Source: the human T2T-CHM13v2.0 reference genome, Homo sapiens
Reading direction: 5' to 3'
DNA: 64,000 bases
Assembly: GCA_009914755.4 (NCBI GenBank)
Contig: CP068257.2
Span: 30,080,001-30,144,000 of the forward strand
A program made the translations under genes and the position numbers. The notes beneath the pieces were generated by a model. It was not told where the DNA came from, searched no databases, and saw nothing but the letters and a program-made list of their open reading frames with translations. Positions 16,651 through 32,470 of the stretch are shown here, in pieces (positions within the stretch are counted from its first letter, which is position 1; every line of letters starts with the position of its first letter).

Positions 16651-19600
16651 ATCTAATGCCTGACATGCCATTGGTCTTATATTAATTCCTTTTTCTCCCC
16701 CTTTCAATTTTCCCCCATCTTTCCCATCTGAACTCCTGGATGTCTCCCTCTATCTCTTAGTTGCTTCCAAGTTTAAGTCCTATAAGCCCAACTACTTGCC
16801 AAAAATTTCCACATGATTGTTCCACAATTAACCTGTTCAAAAATCAAACACATTTTCTTCTCTACTAAGTAGGCTTTTGATGACTTGTGATAAGGGTATC
16901 ACCACTCTCTCAGCCCTTAGGATGTGGGGACAAAAGGTGCTTATAAACCTATCAGATGCCAAGGTCCATGGATTCCTTTGGCCCACATCCTTTTCCTATT
17001 CTCCATTCCCACTATACACTTGCCAAGTTCAGGTTTTACTTATCTTTCCTACCAAGTCTCTGCCTCCTACAACACATAACACTACGAACGAAACAGTTTT
17101 GATTACATTATCCCACTGCTTAAAACCTTCAATGTTTACCCACAGCCTAAAACTGAAATTCAAACACATTAGGCAAACATGAAACTTGTCAGGCCCAAAC
17201 TACTTTACCATCCTTACTTTCCAGTAGCCTTCAGAATCAAAATACTCACTTTTCAGCACTACTGCCCTTCGATCACTGCTTCCTACATCTTCTGAAATCC
17301 TAAAACTGATACCTGCTCCTCTTCCCAAGCCTTCACTTATCTCCAATGGCTATGCCACACTGCAATGGAAGGATCCCAAAGGAAGCTGTTCTACCTCCTA
17401 TTAAAATTATTTGTCTAAGTCTTATGTCCTCTATTGGATTAGACTTTTAGGTGACTGAAATCCTTGGTAGCTCTACAGTATTCAGGACATGGCTGTGCAG
17501 GTGAGCAGGCACTCAAAAGTTTAAGTGAAGATCAGATCTCAGAGATTCAAGATTATATGGGGAACGAATCAAGAACATTTCATGAATGGGGAGAAATAGT
17601 TGAGAAGCACTACAAATCAAGTAGGCACAGTAAGATGAATTTTAAACTCAGATTAATTTCTCTAGAGGAGTTTTAATCTAGCAGAAGAGAGCTGGCATTC
17701 TTTGCAGTTCATAAAGACTAGGAATAGAACTGAAATGAACTGGAAAATGAACAATGATAAGAAAATGCTCATTTTGCACATTTAAAAGGTCAAATATCAC
17801 TTCCCTTTTTCAAGGAATCAATACCATTCCTAACTTTGGTTTTTCAAAGTAAAAATTACTGATTGTGCCTTTTCAGGATTAATAGAAAATACTTTGCTTA
17901 ACAATGTGCTTGATGTCAACTTCCATAATGCCTGAATCAGAATACTTCTGATCTTAAGAATAAACTAAAAATCCTCTTCTTTCATCAAAAACATTCATTC
18001 TTCCGATTCTGAAATAAATTTTTAAAATACACATTCATTGTTGGGAGAAAAATGTACTTGAAATATTTTAACTATTGTTGTGCCATTTGTTTAAATTCTC
18101 ATTCAACAATTATTTGCGAGGCACCTGTTTTGATTGGTAGAGAAGCGGGGAAAAGAACTGAAACTTCCTGCCCTCATGGAGCCAGGAGCCAACATGCCAG
18201 TGAATTCTACCTTCAGAAAACAATCAGCTTCCAACCCTGAAATGTTTGGAGCATTATCACAAATTCTCTGGCGATCAAAAACTAGGACATATTATTTTTA
18301 TTGTTTTGAAAATCATCACAACTGAACTTTTACAAGACACTGTCCAATACCAGTTGCAACTTCTGCAGTTAGGGCATTTTATGTACCCATCAATTGAAGA
18401 AAATCACTTTTAGGATAATTTATATGGCAATAAATTGTCTCAACTGCAGTGTAATTGGAAAGTCCCATATATTATGGCACTGCAAATCTAAAGGAAAGTT
18501 ATTGCACCATAATTGTTACAAGTAAACCTACAAAATCTGTGAGATGCAGCACGTTTTTAACGCCACATCCACACATCTCGAACTACAACATTTGATTTTT
18601 CAATGTTGCTTTATCTTTGGTATTTGGAAAGGGAAGACAATACAACTCAACCCATGACAATAGTTCCCATTCTGTAACTGCATTTTAAATCATCAATGGT
18701 CAAGTCTCCTCCTCCCAAATCGATTCTGACAAATAGGATGTATGGACTCTACACTCCAAAAGCAACACCTGGAATGATCAGAGAAACAACTAGAGAACTT
18801 TAAGGCCGCAGGCAGCTTTGTTCCCAGTTTGGAGAGGTTTTCACATGTAAATGTCCTCGTAGAAGGGAGCCGAGGATTAACTACCTCGGGAGGGGGTGCG
18901 AGGGTAGGGAACTGGAGGACAACGCCAGCTTTCTAGCGGACTAAGGCGGAGCGAATACTCTTCTCTCCCATTCAACTTTTTAGGCGTCACGTTGGGGCCA
19001 TAGAGCCTATAAGAGGGTTATGTTCACGACTTTAAATTATAACGAGCCACCCCCTCTCCGTTTATTAGCCCTATTTCCCAAGTGCGTGAATCCCGGAGAA
19101 GGGGGATGAACACCCTCTTCAACTCCTCCCAGACCCGGGATCAGAGTCCAGCCGTCGACGCGCCGCGGCCTGAGCAACAGGAGAGCTGAAGCCACCTCTC
19201 CGCCAGCCCCACGACCGGCAGATGCTCCCGCTCCCCCGCCCCCAACCCCACACGCCCGCCCGCGCTTCTTTCTTAGCCCTTTGCGGGCTCCCGGCACTGC
19301 GAACCCGACAACGGGGCTCGCGGAGCAGAGAGCGAGGGCGCCCAGACCCGAAAAAGGGCCAAGTTAGAGGAACAGGCACAGACTTGGGCTATGGGAGGCC
19401 GCAAGGGGGCGAGGGGAGAAGCCCGAGGTCGCGGTCCGGGGGTGGGCAGTGGGGGGAGGGGTGCGGGGTCAGTTCCCGTGGTCGCCGCGACCTCTCCCGG
19501 GCCACAGGCCCCGCTCCGCGCAGGCCCCGCCGCCCCGGAACCGGGGCAGGAAGCGTCCCCACCCGGACCAAAGCTTTAAACCTCCGGCGGCGGGAGAAAC

Positions 19601-19654
19601 GAGCCCCGGCTCCCGCAGCAGGCCCGGCACCCCCCTGCCCCAAACACCCCTTAC

Positions 19655-19684
19655 CTCCTGGTTGAAGGCGTTGACGGCGTCCAT
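19655..19684 (-). CDS. SCAF4: coding part of a first exon: ATG + 9 codons (MDAVNAFNQE) ending at a GT splice donor; matches the N-terminus of SR-related CTD-associated factor 4
   Basis: minus strand reads 'gcgaacATGGACGCCGTCAACGCCTTCAACCAGGAG|gtaagg'. Kozak has A at -3 and G at +4; the donor GTAAGG (19649-19654) directly follows codon 10. The remembered SCAF4 protein starts MDAVNAFNQE-LFSLMDMKPP, i.e. the exon would break exactly after E. Sits in the middle of the CpG island. Gene identity is from memory, not a search. Confidence 0.55.
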
Positions 19685-20100
19685 GTTCGCGCTGCGGCGG
19701 CGGCTGCTCCGGGCCCGCCGGTCACATAGACCTCGCGCCGCGGCGGAGCGGGGCTGGGAAACCAGCCGGGCCTGGTGGCCGGGGGGAGGCGACGAGCGGC
19801 GGAGTCCGAGGCCCGGGCAGGAAGAGGCTGCGCCCGAAGCGGCGAGGCGGGCGGCCGAGGCAGAGGCGGAGAGGTGGCGGGCCCCCTCTCAGTCCCGTTC
19901 GCAGGATGAGGAAAAGGAGGCGGCGGCAGCGCTGGTCTTCAACATGTCCGTTTGGTGGTGGCGGCTGCGCTCTGCGTCTCGCTGACACGGCCCCCCGCGC
20001 CCTCACGCACTGGCTCACACTGGCCCGGCCGGCGAGCGGGCGGGCCTCTCTCTCCCTCTCTCCAGCGGGATGGCGGCAGCGGCCCGAGTCCACGCCGCGC
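19685..20100 (-). promoter_or_regulatory. SCAF4: inferred 5'UTR and core promoter of the minus-strand gene (TSS not determinable from sequence)
   Basis: GC-rich, TATA-less CpG-island sequence immediately upstream of the ATG on the minus strand; a minimal start-stop 'ATGTGA' (plus coordinates 19722-19727) lies 38 nt upstream of the main ATG. Confidence 0.4.
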
Positions 20101-21489
20101 GGGGCACCCTGGGACGGCTCAGGCCTCCCGGCGCTTCCTGTGCCCGGCGTTCGCCCCGCCCCGTCGCGCTGGCCCCGCCCCCTCCCCGCCTCGTCCCGCC
20201 CTGCGCCGCCCTGCACCGCCCCGCGTGCAGGGCTGCTGGCGCGTGACGCCGGGACGCTGGGCGCTTTCCCGCCGGCGGCGGCGGCGGCCGCGGCCGCGGG
20301 CCGGGGAGACGGCCTTGCAGAGCGCGGGATCCCAGGGCTGCGAGGGTGACCCAGAGCAAGCCCTGGCGCACGCGCGCTCCGCTCGACGCGGTGCTCCCGG
20401 GGTGCGTCTCTGCGAAACGCTCGGCCCTAACCGGCCCTGCACCCGGCGGGGGCGGCGGGCACTGAGCCGCTGGCTCTCGGCTGCCGCGAACAAAGGGCGC
20501 AGGATTTAACCTCGGCTCTCTGGGCGTGCCTTTGCAGGCCCTCGTGCGCTCTGCTGGGGAAAAGAAAAAAAGCTTCTGCCAATGCCAGTGCAGCTGTGTG
20601 TCCGCTGTAGTTGTGCAGGTTAATTCTGCGCGAGCGAAAACACCGAGAAAGACGTTCAGGCACTGGATATCCACGCAGGCCTTAAGGAACCCCTGTGCAG
20701 CCTTGTGCCACGAGAGGAGTGGATTCACTAACTTTCACGCTGATTCCTCAAACCAAGTTGTTTCATTTTTGGCCAAAACTCTTTATGTTGATCACTTTCC
20801 TTGAGTACCTACTGTCTGCCTAGTGTTGGAGACATGGAAATAAACGATAATTGTTTTGCCTGAAAACAGCACAGTTTAGTGGAGAGGACAGACAACTGAG
20901 CAGATACTTACCAAAGCATGCTTAGTGTTAGGGCACAGGCCCTGGGAAACGAGAAAGATGCGCCTCCGACAGGAAGTCCAGGCTACATCTGGAGGGAGGA
21001 GAGGCCTGCAGAGCCTGATGAGGACTGCCACCATCACCTCCCCCGAAGGAGGACCAGCTGGAGCTGAGGAGCAAGGTGGACTGAGAGAGGAGAGTGAGAC
21101 CATAAAGAGGCTTTGCTCTTCCAGAGTTTGGATTTTGCCCCCATAAGGCAGAGGGGAGCCCTTGAAAGGGGAAGGTGGAGTGATGGATGCAGTGTTCTCT
21201 CAGAAGGATGGTGCAAAGTAGTAAGAGGAGACAGGGAAAGAATGACCCCAGCCCCCTGGGAAAATGAGGGCTGAAGGTGGTGGCGATAGAGAAGGAAGAA
21301 CAGATGTTTAGGAAGTGGAGTGGAAGGGCTGAGGCAGAGTAACTGTGAGGTTAATAAAGGGGGTGTCAAGGAGGATGCCCACAGCCTGACTTGATGAATG
21401 ACCTGGGTGGTGGGTTTATGAGTCAACGTAGGGGATTTATGGGGAAGAAGGCGTGGGTTTGAGGGAAGACAGAATGATGGTTAACACTT

Positions 21490-21700
21490 GTCGCTTACCA
21501 TGTGCCAACGTCTGCTGACATGCTATTCTGTACTCTCCGTAACAGGCTTCTGGGTGAGGTGTCCATTAGTAATGCCCTCATTTTATAATTCAGGGAGTGA
21601 GTTAATTAATGTGCCCAAGGTCACACAGCTGGATCATTTCCCTTTGGTGCCTGTGGAGTTTGAGCTGCGCCTGGGACAAGTAAGTGAGGATGTCTAGGAG
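21490..21700 (-). mobile_element. MIR SINE fragment
   Basis: 'gtgcccaaggtcacacagctgg' is the reverse complement of MIR 'gctgtgtgaccttgggcaag' region; preceded by 'cattttataattcaggg'. Confidence 0.45.
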
Positions 21701-22160
21701 GCAGTTGGGTAAACACTTGCAGAGTCAGGAGCGATGGCTGAGATGATAGAAATCTGGGAGTCATTAGTGCACAGCTAGTGGTGGAAGGAGCTGAAATAGA
21801 TAGGGGGAAAAAGCCCAGGAACACGGGTATGTAAGGGATAAGTTGGAGGCAAGAAGAGGTGAAGAGAGAGCTCTGAAGTGATCAGCTCTGTCTGGTGCTT
21901 GGAGTAGAAGTCCAGCAAGATAAGAATTGGAAAGTGCCTGACGGGTGCTACATGCAGGGAGCTTGTCCTGCGTGTAGGCTGGCGTGGTGAGGGCAAAAGC
22001 TAGACTGATGTGTATCAAAGAGGGGAAGGCAGGCAGGAGAAAGTTTATAGAAACTTGGCTGTGAAGGCAAGTTGTGAAGACAACAGAAAAAACCTGCAGG
22101 AGGAAGTGAGAGTGTTTGCTTGTGTGTTGTTTTGTTTTGAGATGAGAGTAATGTACTCTT

Positions 22161-22323
22161 TTTTAAAATTATTTTATTTTATTATTATTATACTTTAAGT
22201 TTTAGGGTACATGTGCACAATGTGCAGGTTTGTTACATATGTATACATGTGCCATGTTGGTGTGCTGCACCCATTAACTCGTCATTTAGCATTACGTATA
22301 TCTCCAAATGCTATCCCTCCCCC
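22161..22323 (-). mobile_element. very short 5'-truncated LINE-1 3' end (about 160 bp) with TSD
   Basis: reverse complement of L1PA-type 3'UTR end ('tactttaagttttagggtacatgtgcacaatgtgcaggtttgttacatatgtatacatgtgccatgttggtgtgctgcacccattaactcgtcatttagcatta..atgctatccctcccc') led by A/T-rich tail; 16-bp TSD 'agagtaatgtactctt' at 22145-22160 and 22324-22339. Confidence 0.85.
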
Positions 22324-22539
22324 AGAGTAATGTACTCTTAATTACTTGTTAAAGGAACAAAGAAAGTAGTTTTCAAATTTTATTTTCGGGTCCACTCATC
22401 TTCTACTTCATTACCACTTCCTATCACTACTTTTTAATCTTCCAACTGAACTACCATTATATTTTCCAAATCCATCTTGTTTCTGTAACAGCTGTCATCC
22501 GCAAGACCACTAACATTGCATTAGAAAGTACAGACATGA

Positions 22540-23075
<536 letters not shown>

Positions 23076-23255
23076 CTAGTTGATATTGAGATGTCACTGC
23101 CTTTTCATTCATTAATCATGTATTGAGCATGTACTTTGTGCCAGGCACTGTGCGGAAAAGCTTCCCCACTCTCCTTTCAGCCAGTCTTGGCATCTTCCAC
23201 CATATGCTTCTATGACTCCACCATAGCACCTCTTACCTTGTATTGCTGTTATCTG

Positions 23256-23281
<26 letters not shown>
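23256..23281. repeat. poly(A) tract (26 nt) terminating an ancient SINE-like element
   Basis: 'ctg(a)26gtctgc'; upstream 23095-23255 carries 'cattcattaatcatgtattgagcatgtactttgtgccaggcactgtgc', a motif of an old mammalian repeat (similar element at 25960-26075). Confidence 0.5.
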
Positions 23282-23286
<5 letters not shown>

Positions 23287-24382
23287 CATTATTCTGACAT
23301 GATGTGCCCCCGCTGTATCTCTACCTGTTTCTGTGAAGAGTGGCAGAACTTAAAAATGGGTCCACAAAGCCAAATGAGATCCCCCTTCCCCAATTCATAC
23401 AGTCTGCTTTCCTCTTGTGAGTCAGGGAAATAGATCTGGCTAAGGAAGGATGAAGTCTTAAGCTGGGGTTGGAAAGGGGGACTTGGGAGGAGAGTAGTGA
23501 GTTGAGCTTTGGACAGGTTGCCTTGGGACTCGGTGCTTTACAGCTATTGGGGCCTATAATGGTTGTTGAATGAGGAAGTGATAGTCCAAAGGGGGTATTT
23601 TCTGTGTACCATCCTACTGAGATTTGAATGCACAAGAAACAAGATTTGGCTTCTAAGATCCATGTGCTTGAGATAGTTAACGGATTTTGGAGGTTCTTTC
23701 CTGGATAGGATTATTTGGTTTTTATGTTGACAGTGTTTGAGAGGTCTTTTAGCAAGTAGTTGGTATCAGCTAGACTTTGGGTGCCTTGGCAGCATTTTCT
23801 AGCATTTTCCTGTTCTGAAGACAGCAGCACCTGTATCTGTTCTGGAACATCTGGTGGCCATTTGCACAGCTACTGCTGGACTTCCATCTTTATCTCTCCA
23901 GGCAGACGAGTCGAACCTTCCAATAGGAAATTTTGGGTAAATGACAAAAACTTATGAGGGTTGTCCTTTGTGAGCAGACTTTGAAGCAGTAGGAATGTAG
24001 CCTATTGAAAAGATGGCCAGAGGTTCAGAAATAAGCGTGACGGATAAAAATCAGCAAGACATTTAATACATCTGCAAACTTGCCTTCTTTCAAAGAACAT
24101 TGATTGAAACAGATTCGTTTGTTCATAATGTGGGTGTGAAAATAGTTCTGAAAAGCCATTCTAAACAAACTTATGTTTTTAAAAAGAGTAGATGAAATCT
24201 GTTTGCGGAGGAAGGAAAAGATGACATTCAGGAAGCAATGTTCTGGTTAATTCTGTGTTCTTCAAAAGCCAGCTCATTTTCTTGAAAAGAATGCTGGCCA
24301 CAATCCACAGGTATAGAGAATATGGAGAGAAAGCATCTCACGCCTGAAGAGTCCAATAAAACATTTATAGATAAGAATTTAA

Positions 24383-24828
<446 letters not shown>

Positions 24829-24949
24829 GAAAATGAGTTCTTTCTAATGCTTTATGCCATATACTTTCTGGAGAGAGTATAAACTGGCTGTATTATATGA
24901 GACTTCTTTCTCCTTGGTCTGCTTTCCTTCTCTGGCCAGCCTCCTGGAT

Positions 24950-25018
24950 TCAAGTCATTTGTCAGATATGTGTATCGTAAATACTTCCTCCCAGTCTGTG
25001 GCTTACCTTTTCATTATC
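24950..25018 (-). mobile_element. short L1 ORF2-derived fragment (antisense)
   Basis: 'tcatttgtcagatatgtgtatcgtaaatacttcctcccagtctgtggcttaccttttcattatcttg' matches the antisense of L1 ORF2 '..WEKIFANHISDKG..' segment; the same segment recurs at 26541. Confidence 0.5.
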
Positions 25019-25330
25019 TTGCCTCCTCCTCTCTCTGAAGCTTTCCCTGACACCTCTGTGATTCTTCTTCCTCCCCACTTAGGGATGTGACTGAACTCTC
25101 TCCTGGTTTAGAACTGCATTTCAACTGCCCACTGGGGAATTCCACATGGGGATCCCTCCATCCCCAAGGGACCCACCTGACTCCTTTTGTGCATCTTCTG
25201 TCTTCATGCCCTTTATGTTGTTGGGGCCAAAACAATGGAATGAAATGTGTGGAAAGCAGGAACTCCAAGAAGGAAGAGCTCAACGGCAGTTGGGCAATGG
25301 GATTTTAGGGAATTTTCATTTTCTTTTTAA

Positions 25331-25721
<391 letters not shown>

Positions 25722-25959
25722 TAAACATACAAGTAAGTATGCAGCAAACCTAAAATGTTCTGGATGTCATCTTAGCTATGATTGCAACAGTGAGCATATG
25801 AGTAACTAATAAAGGAAAACAATTTCTCTTCATCACTTCCTATCTTACTTAGGATTAGGAATCCAAGATTCTCTTTCCAAAATGGAAAGTATTAAAAACC
25901 AGTCTCATCTGAAGTGAAATGTCACCTTTTAGGACTAGGCCACGCCAGTCCAACATTTG

Positions 25960-26444
<485 letters not shown>

Positions 26445-27202
26445 ATGTATACTTTCTTTAGTAAAGTGTTCAAATCGTTTGCCCTTTAAAAAAACGGATC
26501 ATTTGGAAGCTTCAATAGGAAGCTATTGAATGATATGAGTCCTTTGTCAGATATGTGTGTTGTAAACATTTCCTCACAGTCTGTGGCTTTCCTTTTCATT
26601 TTCTTTTGAAAAGCAGATGTTTTTAATTTTGATGGATATAATTTATTACTTTTTTCTTTTATGGTTTGTGCTTTTCTGTCATATTGAAAAATTTTTGCTT
26701 ATCCCCAGGATATGGAAATGTTCTCCTCTATTTTCTTCTTGACTCTTTATAGCTTAGCACTTTTGTTTAAGTCTGTGATCCATTTTGATTTAATATATGT
26801 GTATGAGATAAGATAAATATCAAGCTTCATTTTTTTACATTAGGATATCTAGTTGTTCCAGCACTATTTGTTGGAAAAAAAGATCATTTCCCCCATTGAA
26901 TTACTTTGCCTCCTTTGTTGAAAATCAGTTGACCACATATGTGTGGATCTAGTTCCACGTATGTGTACTCTGTTCCTTTATATATATCTATATACTTTTC
27001 TTGCATATACATAGCCCACTGTCTTAATTTCTCTAGTAATTCAAGTAAATCAGTTAAAGTCTCCAACATAGTTCTTTTAAAAATTGTTTTCACTATGCTG
27101 TAATCTTTGCATTTCTATATAAATTTTTAAATCAACTTGTTAATTTCAAAAAAAAAAAAACACCCCACACAACTGAAAACAAGACAAAATAGGAAGTATG
27201 CT

Positions 27203-27523
<321 letters not shown>

Positions 27524-27865
27524 TCACAAATGGGTGTTAATGTTGTCAGATACCATGGCTATATTCATTGGGATGATTATGTGATTTTGTCTATTCTATT
27601 ATATTAATGAATTACTGTGATTGGTTTTTGAATGTGAAACCAACCTGGCATTCCTATAATAAAATCCACTTGGTTATGGGATATTACTTTTTTTATATGT
27701 TGCCGGGTTCAATTTGCAAAGATTCTGTCTGTCAAAATATTTCCTTCTATATTCATGAGTGGTATTGGTGGTCTCTGTTTTCCTTTTCTTGTAATGGTTT
27801 TGGTGTCGGGGTAGCTTGCTCTCATCAAATTATTTGATAAGTGCTTCTCTCCTTCCCTGTTATCT

Positions 27866-28161
<296 letters not shown>

Positions 28162-28604
28162 TCCTTCTCTATTTTCTAAAATAGCCTGTGTGGAATTGAT
28201 ATTATTTCTTTCTTAAGATTTGTTAGAATTCACCAATGAAGCCACTTGGGCCTAAAGTTTTGCTTATGAGAGGGTTTTATATTAATCAATTTTTAAAATT
28301 GATATAGTGTTCTTCAGGTCTTCTGTTTCTCGAGGGAGTTTTGATCATTTGTATTTTTTTCAGAAAATTGTCCATTTAAAGGTTGTCAATTTATTGCATA
28401 AAGTTTTTCCATGATATTCTGTTATTACCCTTTTAATGTCTGTAGTGATATTTCCTCTTTCATTTCTGATATTGATAATTTCTATCTTCTTTTTTTTCTT
28501 TTCTTGTTGAGTGAGGTTAGAGATTCATCTATTTTGTTGTTCCAAAAACCAAAGAAACAGTTTTTGGTTTCATTGATTAGCTCTATTGTTTGTGGACTTT
28601 CTAG

Positions 28605-28971
<367 letters not shown>

Positions 28972-29016
28972 TCTTTTCCGGTTTCTTAAAGTGGAGGCCT
29001 AGATCATTGATTTTAG

Positions 29017-29277
<261 letters not shown>

Positions 29278-29615
29278 GCCTTTTTTTTTTTTTTTTTTTT
29301 TGTATTGTAAGCATTTAAAACTTTAAATTTACTTCTCAAATTTTGGAGTGTTGTATTTCTTAAATATTTAGTTCAAAATATTTTGTAATTTCCCTTGGGA
29401 GTTTTTCTTTTCCCTAAGTTCTTATTTATGAAAGTATTGTTTAAATTCCAAATAGTTGGGAATTTCTGTTATCTTTCTGTGATTGATTATACTAATCGAA
29501 TTCCATTATAGTCACATATCATACTTCATATGATTTCAGTTTTTTTTTAATTATTGTGACTTGTTTTGTGGCTCAATTCATGGTCTACCTAGATGATTGC
29601 TCCATGTGCACTTTA

Positions 29616-29744
29616 AAATAATATATATTCCGCTCTTGTTAGGTAGGATAATAATATATATTCCGCTCTTGTTAGGTAGGATAATAATATATATTCCGCT
29701 CTTGTTAGGTAGGATAATAATATATATTCCGCTCTTGTTAGGTT
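29616..29744. repeat. 4 x 33-bp perfect tandem repeat (minisatellite) derived from L1 sequence
   Basis: unit 'ataataatatatattccgctcttgttaggtagg' repeated with no mismatch. The unit corresponds to L1 antisense 'agaagaatgtgtattctgctgttgttgggtgg', which is single-copy in the L1 consensus. The 33-nt period keeps all frames open, which explains the PNKSGIYIIIL/IPLLLGRIIIY ORFs in the track. Confidence 0.9.
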
Positions 29745-29864
29745 CTGTTAACGTCTCTTGGATCAAGTTGGTTGATGGTATTATTTAAGTCTTCTAGATT
29801 TCTATTCTTTTTCTACCTGCTTATTATGTCAATTAGAGAGGAGATTTGATGTCTCCTGATGTGA

Positions 29865-30211
<347 letters not shown>

Positions 30212-30760
30212 TGACTCATGTATATTGAAGCTTTGTTACTAGGTACGTAAAAATTTAGCATTATTATTTCTCCTTGATGAATAGACTCCTTATCAATTGG
30301 AAAATTTTCTCTTTTTTCTGGTAACATTCCTTGCCCTGAATTCTCTTTTACCTGATATTGAAAAGCCACTTTGGCTTTCTTGTGGTTAATACTTGCTTGG
30401 TATATTTTTTTTCCATCCTTTTGCCTTTAATCTATCTGTGTCTTTATTTTTAAAGTGGATTTTTTTTGTGGACAGCATATAGTTGGGCCTTGCATTTCAG
30501 TCCATTCTGACATGTCTGACTTAACTGAATTGTTTAGACCATTCACATTTAATGTAGTTGTCAATAGGGTTGAGTTTCATTCTACCATTTTGCTGTCTGT
30601 TTTCGGTTTGTCCTGTCTGCTCTACTATTTTTCTCTTCATTTGGCTTTTTTTGGCATAGTTGAGTATTTTATTAGTATTTTATTTGAACTCTACTAGTTA
30701 ACTTACTATGTGCACCTCTTTTTCTTTAGTGGTTGATCTAAGGTTTACAATATGCATCTT

Positions 30761-31061
30761 TTTTTTTTTTTTTTTTTTTTGAGACGGAGTGTTGCTCTGT
30801 GGCCCAGGCTGGAGTGCAGTGGCGCTATCTCAGCTGAGTGCAAGCTCCGCCTCCCAGGTTCATGCCATTCTCCTGCCTCAGCCTCCTGAGTAGCTGGGAC
30901 TACAGGTGCCTGCCACCATGCCTGGCTAATTTTTTGTAATTTTAGTAGAGACGGGGTTTCACCATGTTAGCCAGGATGGTCTCGATCTCCTGACATTCTG
31001 ATCCACCTGCCTCGGCCTCCCAAAGTGCTGGGATTACAGGCGTGAGCCACCGCACCTGGCC
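30761..31061 (-). mobile_element. Alu SINE (inside L1) with 16-bp TSD
   Basis: 22-nt poly-T then reverse-complement Alu; TSD 'tacaatatgcatcttt' at 30745-30760 and 31062-31077. Confidence 0.9.
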
Positions 31062-31395
31062 TACAATATGCATCTTTAAGTTATTACAGTCCACTTTCAA
31101 ATAAACTTATGCTACTCGACATATAATGTGTGATTCTTATTATATGCCTCTATTTCCTCTCCAATCCTGTGCTTATTGTTGTTTTATATTTTATTTCTAC
31201 ATGTATATTTTATAAGCCTACAATACATTAATATTGTTTTTTCTTTAGTCATTATTTTGAAAACAAGAAAATACTTTTTGTATTTTCCCACATATTTAAC
31301 ATTTTCAGTACTCTTCATTCCTGTGTATAGATCCAAGTTTCCATCTGTTGTCAATTTTCTTTTTCATAGGGAAGTTTCTTTCATATTTGTTTTAG

Positions 31396-32470
<1,075 letters not shown>

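Larger units (their letters stand above)
18790..20720. promoter_or_regulatory. CpG island (promoter-type), ~1.9 kb
   Basis: abrupt shift to very high G+C with dense CpG; GC boxes 'cgccccgccc' near 20153-20162 and 'ggccccgccc' near 20172-20181; (GGC)n at about 20271-20300; no repeats inside; all surrounding DNA is AT-rich repeat sequence. Confidence 0.85.

Noticed and set aside
19037-20728. Cluster of long overlapping ORFs on both strands (up to 237 aa: 20015-20728 minus; 19952-20509 plus 185 aa; 19449-19985 plus 178 aa; 19722-20216 minus 164 aa)
   Set aside because: All lie in the CpG island, where GC-rich sequence rarely produces TAA/TAG/TGA stops. They are proline/arginine/glycine/alanine-rich, overlap each other in several frames, and have no codon periodicity. 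The only supported coding segment is the 30-nt ATG-to-donor exon at 19655-19684.
29578-29788. ORFs with perfectly repeating peptide (PNKSGIYIIIL x4 / IPLLLGRIIIY x4)
   Set aside because: They are a by-product of the 33-bp (11-codon) perfect tandem repeat inside the L1. The periodicity keeps every frame open and there is no start context or coding signal.
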